From an uncultured Anaerolineaceae bacterium (GTDB taxonomy: Bacteria; Chloroflexota; Anaerolineae; Anaerolineales; UBA4823): 64,000 nucleotides of DNA. The stretch covers positions 146,067 to 210,066 of the forward strand of contig CAZJMV010000212.1 of the NCBI GenBank assembly GCA_964547225.1, given 5' to 3'. Of this stretch, positions 57,063 to 64,000 are shown piece by piece (position 1 is the first letter of the stretch; the number at the start of each line of letters is the position of its first letter). The notes under the pieces were generated by a model. That model saw nothing but the letters and a program-made list of their open reading frames with translations, was not told the origin of the DNA and did no database searches. The translations under genes were made by a program, and so were the position numbers.

Positions 57063-58991
57063 CTAGAACAGACCAACTACTCGACCTGTCTCAAGATCAA
57101 CGTCTACATCATAATATACCGGGCGAGTTGGTAAACCTGGCATAGTGCTCATTTCTCCAAGCAAGGGGTATAAGAATCCTGCTCCGACAGAAGCTCGGAT
57201 GTCTCGAATAGGAACGATAAATCCTTTTGGCACACCCTTTAATGTTGGATCATGGCTCAAGCTCAAGTGAGTCTTCGCCATACACATGGGTAATTCATCA
57301 AAGCCAAGCTTGGTGTAGAGTTCTATCTTCTTTTCTGCTTCGGGATAATACTCTACGCCATCAGCGCCATAGACCTTTTTACAAATCGTCTCAATTTTGT
57401 CTTTGATCGAAGTACCCTTCAAGGGGTATAGGAAATCGAAGTTGCTTGGTTTTTCGCAAGCTGCGACAACCGCTTCAGCCAATTTGATGGCGCCAGCGCC
57501 CCCTTCCATCCAGTGGCGTGCGACAACAGCATCTTCCGCGCCAGCTTCAATAGCAGCTTTTCGGACAAGTTCAACCTCTGCAAGAGTATCATCTGCAAAG
57601 GAGTTAACCGCAACTACGACTGGAATTCCAAAGCTTAAAGCATTCTTAATATGATGCTGCATATTACCGAGACCAGCTTCTAGAAGTTCTAGGTTCTCTT
57701 CAGTATACGCTTTGTCGAGTGGCTTACCAGCAGTTACTTTAGGACCACCACCATGCATCTTTAGCGCACGGACAGTGGCGACCAAAACAACCACGTTTGG
57801 AATCAATCCTGAATAGCGACATTTGATGTCGAAGAATTTCTCCATACCAATATCAGCGCCAAAGCCCGATTCTGTAACGACATAATCCGCTAATTTAAGC
57901 GCAATCTTGTCGGCGATAATGGAACTGTTCCCATGAGCAATATTTGCAAATGGTCCAGCATGGACAAAAGCAGGTGTTCCTTCAAGGGTCTGCATTAATG
58001 TCGGTTTGATCGCATCCTTCATCAATACAGTCATTGCACCTGCTGCGCCAATATCTTCAGCTGTAATCGCCTCGCCTTTATGATTTGTACCAATCACTAT
58101 TCTGCCAAGACGTTCGCGCATATCCGCAAGATCAGTCGTCAGTGCTAGTATCGCCATAATTTCACTGGCAACGGTAATGTCATATCCAGTTAATCGCGTG
58201 AAACCTTTTTCTTTTGGTCCTTGACCAATTGTTATTTCACGTAACATGCGGTCGTTCGTATCCACTACACGTCGCCATGTCAGGCTTTCTGGATCAATAT
58301 CCAACCGTGCAAATCGAGAGATCTCTTCTGATGTTAAGTCATCAGGGTTGGTTTTATCAATGCCAAGCTTCTTGAGACGTCTAAGCATCGGACCCGAGAA
58401 CCTGCGACTGCCATCTTTAGCAGGTGGGCATAAGCGTTTGAAAAGCGCTTCGTCCGATTGTTGAGATTCATGGAACATTCTGGTATCGATGGCTGCAGCG
58501 AGGAGGTTATTGGCTGCCGTAATAGCATGAATATCACCGGTTAGATGCAGGTTGAAGTCTTCCATGGGAATAACTTGACTATATCCACCACCAGCAGCAC
58601 CACCCTTAATACCGAATGTGGGACCCTGACTTGGCTGACGAATGCAGGTAAAGACGCGCTTCCCTAAATGTGCTCCTAATGCCTGACTCAAACCAACCAT
58701 TGTGGTACTTTTTCCTTCGCCCAGTGGGGTTGGTGTAATTGCAGTTACATCAATATATTTTCCATCTGGGACATCCTTTAGTCGATCTAATACCTCAAGT
58801 TTCACTTTTGCTTTGAAATTACCATAAAGCTCCAGTTCTTCCGGTAATAATCCGACCTCTTCTGCCACTTGCATAATTGGTTTGATATCCGCTTCTTGCG
58901 CTATTTCGATATCTGATGGTACAGGTGTGCGAAGATTAATTTTAATGGGTTGAAACTTACGTAATCCTGGAAATTTGTTTTTTTCGCTCAT
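57063..58991 (-). CDS. fhs: Formate--tetrahydrofolate ligase (long form)
   Basis: [55 protein letters not shown]. 642 aa, including an internal insertion of roughly 55 aa. Confidence 0.95.
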   Translation of the reverse strand: MSEKNKFPGLRKFQPIKINLRTPVPSDIEIAQEADIKPIMQVAEEVGLLPEELELYGNFKAKVKLEVLDRLKDVPDGKYIDVTAITPTPLGEGKSTTMVGLSQALGAHLGKRVFTCIRQPSQGPTFGIKGGAAGGGYSQVIPMEDFNLHLTGDIHAITAANNLLAAAIDTRMFHESQQSDEALFKRLCPPAKDGSRRFSGPMLRRLKKLGIDKTNPDDLTSEEISRFARLDIDPESLTWRRVVDTNDRMLREITIGQGPKEKGFTRLTGYDITVASEIMAILALTTDLADMRERLGRIVIGTNHKGEAITAEDIGAAGAMTVLMKDAIKPTLMQTLEGTPAFVHAGPFANIAHGNSSIIADKIALKLADYVVTESGFGADIGMEKFFDIKCRYSGLIPNVVVLVATVRALKMHGGGPKVTAGKPLDKAYTEENLELLEAGLGNMQHHIKNALSFGIPVVVAVNSFADDTLAEVELVRKAAIEAGAEDAVVARHWMEGGAGAIKLAEAVVAACEKPSNFDFLYPLKGTSIKDKIETICKKVYGADGVEYYPEAEKKIELYTKLGFDELPMCMAKTHLSLSHDPTLKGVPKGFIVPIRDIRASVGAGFLYPLLGEMSTMPGLPTRPVYYDVDVDLETGRVVGLF

Positions 58992-59110
58992 ATTAGCCCT
59001 TTCCTATAAATAGAATTTAGTTTGAACATTGCACGTAGGGCTATTTTGCCAGAAGATTTCATATTAATCAATTGACTCATATCCTACAACCCTTATGCTA
59101 AGTGTCACAT

Positions 59111-61060
59111 TTACGCCGATAAACATAAAAATTCATAAGGTTGTAAAATTAAATCCTTGAATTCCAGCACCTCATTGGTAATCAAATTATTATATTGATA
59201 ACCCAAACCATATAAACGCAATTGATTCGCCATAATCGTTTGCTGGTGTTCTGAAAAATTTGCGAATATGAGAACTTTTTGATTTTTATAAATGCGAACA
59301 TAACCAAGCACATGATCGGAGCCAGTATTCATCACCTGTAAATCATTTCCAGCTAAGGCAGGTGTTTTTTTTCGTAAGTTAATAATTTTTTGTAAGCCCA
59401 GGAAAATCTGTCCTGGGATACTATCTGGGTTAATTCGGTGAGCAGCCAATTCCCAGTCCATGAATGGACGATGAACCCAACGGCTGTCATCTGCCTTAGC
59501 TGGGTCTTTTGAAAATTGATAATCATTCAACGTTCCAATTTCATCACCTAAATATATTAGCGGAATACCCCCTATAGTCAAAATGATCGCATGGATTAAC
59601 AAAACTCTTTTAATCGCCAAGGAGATCTCTTCAGCATCGTTTTCCTTGATCCCTTTCTCTAATCCACCTAGCGATGCGCAAGTGCCAGAGATGCGAGCAT
59701 CACCCGTTTTTGGATTCTCCTGAAAGGGTAATCCCCGCGAAAAACTACCTTCAAATCGACCGGTATAAAAATCGTTTAGAAAACGTCGATGATGATACCC
59801 GTTAATTCCTAATCGGCTTGCATCCTCATCTGAAAATGTCCACCCAATATCATCGTGACAGCGTACATAGTTTACCCATGAACAATTTTCTCCAATACCA
59901 AAACGTTCACTGCAAGCTAAGTTGAGTAAACGCACTTCACGTGTTGCTAATGAATTCCACAATAAAGCCATTAGAAGAGGATTATAAGAAAGTTGACATT
60001 CCTGAGGTGAAATATAGCGCACAACCTCATCAGGATGAACAATCGCTTCTGACTTAAATAAAAGGGCGGGAGATGAAATCCGCGCAACAGAATTGAATGC
60101 TTGGATCAATAAATGAGCTTGAGGTAGGTTTTCGCATGATGTTCCCAGCTGCTTCCAGATGAATGCTACTGCATCTAATCGTAGGACCTCTACTCCAATA
60201 TTTGCCAGAAAGAGCATTTCCTCTGCCATGCGGTTAAAAACGACTGGATTGCTATAATTCAGATCCCATTGATAAGCATGAAAAGTCGTCCAAACCCATT
60301 TTCCCATATCTTCTCGATATGTAAACGCGCCAGGATGTTCATCTGGAAATATCTCACGTAAATGCGCTTCGTAAGCATCTGGCATTTTACGATCTGGGAA
60401 AACCCAATAATAATCTTGATAATCCAGATCTCCATCAATCGCTTTTTTTGCCCACTCATGTTCATCAGAGGTGTGATTAAAAACCAAATCCAATACCAGA
60501 CTAATGCCCGCATTTCGTAAATCTGCTGCTAAATCTGAGAGTTGCTCCATGGTACCTAATCGAGGGTCGACCTCCCGATAACTGCTTACAGCATAACCCC
60601 CGTCATTTTCGCCTTCTGGGACTCGGAACAAAGGCATCAGATGTAAATAGGTAAGTCCAAGCTCTTTAAAATAATGTATCTTTTCGCGAACACCATTGAG
60701 CGTCTCTGCAAAAAGATCTACATAACAGACCCCGCCAAGCATTTCTTGTGACTGAAACCAATCAGGTTTACGTTCGCGATCGATATCCAGCAATTTAAGC
60801 TCCGAGGGTCGATTAGTCCACATATTCGCTAGTGTATAAAGCAAGTCTTGTAAGTGATAGAAAAAATCATAATGGTTGGAATAAAGGCGATAATAGATCG
60901 AGAACAAGCTCGGGAAATTGTCTTGTAAACGCTGAAGAAAAATCTCCCAATCGTGCGTATCCTCACGAAACCTGGAAGCAAATTCAGCTTCAAGTCTCGG
61001 AAGTAATCGATCCAACGAAGTCCTGATCATCCGATCAATATTAGAGGGTTGTTCATCCAT
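59111..61060 (-). CDS. Amylosucrase (GH13)
   Basis: Strong similarity along its length to my recollection of Neisseria amylosucrase (GGVCYVDLFA..., LGLTYLHLMPLF, FNHTSDEHEWA, RLDAVAFIWKQLGTSCENLPQAH, VRCHDDIGW). Confidence 0.9.
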   Translation of the reverse strand: MDEQPSNIDRMIRTSLDRLLPRLEAEFASRFREDTHDWEIFLQRLQDNFPSLFSIYYRLYSNHYDFFYHLQDLLYTLANMWTNRPSELKLLDIDRERKPDWFQSQEMLGGVCYVDLFAETLNGVREKIHYFKELGLTYLHLMPLFRVPEGENDGGYAVSSYREVDPRLGTMEQLSDLAADLRNAGISLVLDLVFNHTSDEHEWAKKAIDGDLDYQDYYWVFPDRKMPDAYEAHLREIFPDEHPGAFTYREDMGKWVWTTFHAYQWDLNYSNPVVFNRMAEEMLFLANIGVEVLRLDAVAFIWKQLGTSCENLPQAHLLIQAFNSVARISSPALLFKSEAIVHPDEVVRYISPQECQLSYNPLLMALLWNSLATREVRLLNLACSERFGIGENCSWVNYVRCHDDIGWTFSDEDASRLGINGYHHRRFLNDFYTGRFEGSFSRGLPFQENPKTGDARISGTCASLGGLEKGIKENDAEEISLAIKRVLLIHAIILTIGGIPLIYLGDEIGTLNDYQFSKDPAKADDSRWVHRPFMDWELAAHRINPDSIPGQIFLGLQKIINLRKKTPALAGNDLQVMNTGSDHVLGYVRIYKNQKVLIFANFSEHQQTIMANQLRLYGLGYQYNNLITNEVLEFKDLILQPYEFLCLSA

Positions 61061-61110
61061 AAAATCTCTCTCACAATTTTAGTAGCTATATGATGTTAGT
61101 GGTTAATAAT

Positions 61111-62010
61111 TCAGCTATTCATTGCTAACTCAGCAAGCGCTAAAGCCCCTAATACACCAGCATTTGATCCTAACGCTGGTGGAACAATAAAATCATCAAT
61201 ATGCTCCAAGATTTGCTTCGACTTAACATAATCATTCAAGATATCGAGGACTTTTTTACGGATCAATGGAAATAAGTGAGATTGTTTCATAACCCCACCT
61301 CCCATAATGATCCTTTGAGGTGAAAGAATATAAATAAAGTTCACCAACCCCAAAGCGAGATAATTTGCCTCTAATGCCCAGGCAGGATGATTAGAAGGCA
61401 ACGATTCTGCCGGCTGCCCCCACCGAGCTTGTATCGCAGGTCCATTTGCTAACCCTTCCAGACAATCTCTATGAAAAGGACATCCCCCTTTATATGGATC
61501 AGCATCAAAATCATGTGGGAGAGGAATATGTCCCATTTCAGGATGTATAAGTCCATGCATCAATTTTCCATTCACTAATCCACCGCCACCAATCCCAGTT
61601 CCAATCGTCAAGTAAATAAAAGTATCCAATCCTTGAGCGGCTCCCCAACGATATTCCCCTAAAGCAGCCCCATTGACATCTGTATCGAATTTGATCGGCA
61701 AATCATAATCATCCGCTAAAGCGCTTATAAAATCAAAATTCGCCCAGCCTGGTTTCGGAGTTGAAGTAATATAGCCATAAGTAGGCGAGGCTGGATTGGG
61801 ATCAAGCGGTCCAAAAGATGCCACTCCAATAGCGGTAATTTTTCCATGGATGTTTTCCTGTGCTTGAAAGAATTCTTTTGTTTTTCCTATCGTTTCTTGA
61901 GGTGTACTTGTAGCAAATGAACTTTTTGCCCGAATATCTTCGGGACTAGTTCCAACTGCACATACAAATTTTGTACCTCCAGCTTCTATTCCCGCAAAAA
62001 TATTATTCAT
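61111..62010 (-). CDS. ROK-family sugar kinase, probable fructokinase
   Basis: [15 protein letters not shown]-terminus, ROK Zn motif region (HPEMGH...C.FH..C), GIGGG. Confidence 0.8.
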   Translation of the reverse strand: MNNIFAGIEAGGTKFVCAVGTSPEDIRAKSSFATSTPQETIGKTKEFFQAQENIHGKITAIGVASFGPLDPNPASPTYGYITSTPKPGWANFDFISALADDYDLPIKFDTDVNGAALGEYRWGAAQGLDTFIYLTIGTGIGGGGLVNGKLMHGLIHPEMGHIPLPHDFDADPYKGGCPFHRDCLEGLANGPAIQARWGQPAESLPSNHPAWALEANYLALGLVNFIYILSPQRIIMGGGVMKQSHLFPLIRKKVLDILNDYVKSKQILEHIDDFIVPPALGSNAGVLGALALAELAMNS

Positions 62011-62028
62011 AAATATCTCCTATTTGTG

Positions 62029-63045
62029 CTAATTGATGGATGTGGTGGTATTTCTTACGATCAATTCAATATCAAGGATTTCGGTAACCGGTTCAGAAAG
62101 TGGATTCTCAATCGTATCTAGTAGTATCTCAACTCCACGTTGACCAGATTCATAAAGTAACTGGCGTATCGTGGTTAATCCAAGGAATTCTGCAATTTCA
62201 ATATCATCGTAACCCATGATAGATAAATCATAAGGGACTTGTAATCCCAATTCCTTTGCAGCTTCTAAGACTCCCAAGGCTTGCGTATCACTACTGGTAA
62301 AAATCGCACTAGGAGGTTCATCCGAAGACAACAATTCCCGAGCCAATCGATGAGCTTCATATCTTCCATGTTCAGATTGTAAATGGTATTTTGGATTGAA
62401 TGGAATACCCGCTCCATTTAAAGCTTGTCGATAACCGATAAAGCGATCTCTACTAGAAGTAAAGTTAAAAGGGTTTTCCAGAAGATCACTGATATAACCG
62501 ATCTTACGATGTCCTAAATTGATTAAATATTCGGTAGCTTTTCGTCCTCCCTCAACATCATCGACGATGAGCCGATTCAGAGAAGTTAACCGAGGATGAT
62601 TGGCATCAACCAAAACAACTGGAACATCTGCTTTTTGAAGATATGGAATATCTTCATCACGCGGGGAAAGGGAAAATATCAAAACTCCATCAGCATACTC
62701 TCTTCGTGGTATTTCACGAATGCATTCGTCTCGACGCTTGACCGTCTCGACATTATAGATGGTAAGATCATACTCGCTCTCAGCTAGATTGTGTTCAACA
62801 CCTCGCAAACGTTCGATCACCGAAGGACGGGTAAAAAAGGGAACAATCACCGCAATCATAAGTGTTTTTCCAAGAGAGAGTCTTCTTGCGGTAGGATTGG
62901 GGAAATAATTCAGTGTTTTGATGGTTTCAAGAACACGCTGGCGAGTTTCTTTGCTGACTTGAGGGCTATCATTAATGACGCGTGATACGGTACCTAAACC
63001 AACACCAGCACGTTTTGCGACATCACGAATAGTAACCGTTCTCAT
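62029..63045 (-). CDS. LacI-family transcriptional regulator
   Basis: N-terminal HTH VTIRDVAKRAGVGLGTVSRVIN plus a periplasmic-binding-like sugar domain. Confidence 0.9.
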   Translation of the reverse strand: MRTVTIRDVAKRAGVGLGTVSRVINDSPQVSKETRQRVLETIKTLNYFPNPTARRLSLGKTLMIAVIVPFFTRPSVIERLRGVEHNLAESEYDLTIYNVETVKRRDECIREIPRREYADGVLIFSLSPRDEDIPYLQKADVPVVLVDANHPRLTSLNRLIVDDVEGGRKATEYLINLGHRKIGYISDLLENPFNFTSSRDRFIGYRQALNGAGIPFNPKYHLQSEHGRYEAHRLARELLSSDEPPSAIFTSSDTQALGVLEAAKELGLQVPYDLSIMGYDDIEIAEFLGLTTIRQLLYESGQRGVEILLDTIENPLSEPVTEILDIELIVRNTTTSIN

Positions 63046-63061
63046 AGATATAAGTAATCAG

Positions 63062-63089
63062 AAAACCAGGAAATTGTATCCCTGGTTTT
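63062..63089 (-). terminator. Terminator after treS
   Basis: AAAACCAGG / CCTGGTTTT stem with a 10-nt loop, immediately after the treS stop. The U-run is formed by the 3' arm. Confidence 0.6.
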
Positions 63090-64000
63090 TATTGATAGGT
63101 AATTTCTAACCATTTATATTGATAAGCATTGAGATTTACAGAAATTTTATCTTCTTCATCAGCCTTAATTACATAAACGACATGAGCAGAAAGCATATCT
63201 TTAATGATGATCTTCTCTGTCCTTTCTAGTTTTGATAATCGAACCTCAAATTTTTGTGCTTTATTGGAGAGATTATTCAAGATCAATAACTTCTGTTGTT
63301 GGAAATTGCGCCAATATGCAGCGATTTCTTTGGGGGCAGCTTCATACCAAGAAAAATCTCCCCATCCAAAAGCTTTGTTTTCTTTATGTACAGTGATCAT
63401 ACGCCGAATCGTATGCCATAGCGAATTTGGATCCAATTTCTGTAATGCCACATTAACTGTTTTTGGGTCAAACAATGGATCTTCAATCACAGGAGAATAA
63501 AGATCATCAGAGGCAGCTTGCGAAAAACCTGCATTGTTATTATCATCCCACTGCATGGGTGTTCGAACACCATTACGATCAGGCAACCAAATATTCTCGC
63601 CCATGCCGATCTCATCTCCATAATAGATAATCGGTGATCCCGGCAAACTGAATAAGAGGGAATTAACAACTTCAATTTTTCGACGATCATTATCTAATAA
63701 AGGCGCCAACCTACGACGAATGCCCAAATTCAAGCGCATACGCATTTCGGGGGCATATTCCTGCCAAAGCCATTGCCTTTCTTCTTCAGTCACCATTTCA
63801 AGTGTTAATTCATCATGGTTGCGTAAAAAAATGCACCATTGACAATTATCTGGAATAGGTGGCGTCTTCCCCAAAATCCAATGTAACGAAGCATTATCTC
63901 CTTCACGAATCGCTTTAAAAATTCTAGGCATCAAGGGAAAATGAAACCCCATATGGAATTCATCACCATCACCAAAATAGGAGCGTACATCTTCTGGCCA
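63089..64000 (-). CDS. treS: Trehalose synthase / maltose alpha-D-glucosyltransferase (GH13), C-terminal part; gene continues past the window end
   Basis: FLRNHDELTLEMVT, PGSPIIYYGDEIGM, RTPMQW. The frame stays open from 63952 to 64000 (…YFGDGDEFHMGFHFP). Confidence 0.85.
   Translation of the reverse strand, partial: WPEDVRSYFGDGDEFHMGFHFPLMPRIFKAIREGDNASLHWILGKTPPIPDNCQWCIFLRNHDELTLEMVTEEERQWLWQEYAPEMRMRLNLGIRRRLAPLLDNDRRKIEVVNSLLFSLPGSPIIYYGDEIGMGENIWLPDRNGVRTPMQWDDNNNAGFSQAASDDLYSPVIEDPLFDPKTVNVALQKLDPNSLWHTIRRMITVHKENKAFGWGDFSWYEAAPKEIAAYWRNFQQQKLLILNNLSNKAQKFEVRLSKLERTEKIIIKDMLSAHVVYVIKADEEDKISVNLNAYQYKWLEITYQ

Noticed and set aside
1-64000. Search for CRISPR arrays, IS elements, transposases, integrases, prophage genes, rRNA and tRNA genes
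   Set aside because: - No regularly spaced direct repeats were seen.
- No DDE/serine/tyrosine recombinase-like ORFs were seen.
- No tRNA-like T-arm (GGTTCGAATCC-type) or rRNA-like segments were recognised in the intergenic regions.

Overview
Bacterial chromosomal window, AT-rich by eye (composition not computed), about 58 credible protein genes, mostly housekeeping or metabolic. I recognised no rRNA, tRNA, CRISPR array, transposase or integrase. Protein flavour (Flp pilin, PPi-PFK, LysM/Tyr-rich secreted proteins, amylosucrase/TreS) suggests a Chloroflexota/Anaerolineae-like organism, but this is only a guess without a database search.

Gene content, left to right:
- livF (5' partial).
- A compact sigma-54 module: rpoN, a PAS histidine kinase and an NtrC-type activator. 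It is preceded by a near-consensus -24/-12 promoter.
- Secreted, LysM and lipoprotein genes.
- PPi-type phosphofructokinase.
- An unannotated 48-aa Flp-type pilin.
- A J-domain protein plus an alpha/beta-hydrolase membrane protein.
- A two-gene accessory locus, which I consider the most interesting system. It encodes a RecQ-like helicase fused to a ComFC-type PRTase domain, plus a DprA-like (SLOG) protein. A decayed UvrD-type helicase remnant follows, then a cluster of three perfect DnaA boxes.
- doxX, a DEAD-box helicase, mobB and typA.
- A TetR-controlled beta-oxidation cluster: SCP2, thiolase, FadN-type bifunctional enzyme and an apparently heteromeric acyl-CoA dehydrogenase pair.
- Transporters, a ferredoxin, mscL, rsfS and thpR.
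- A molybdenum hydroxylase large subunit with a YqeC-MocA fusion.
- S41 peptidase, mutL, a sirtuin translationally coupled to a REC-TadZ/CpaE-like ATPase, tilS, and a long (eukaryote-like) fhs.
- A sucrose/alpha-glucan cluster: amylosucrase, ROK fructokinase, LacI and treS (partial at the window end).

All functional calls rest on motifs read from the translated ORFs and on recalled family knowledge. No searches were run.
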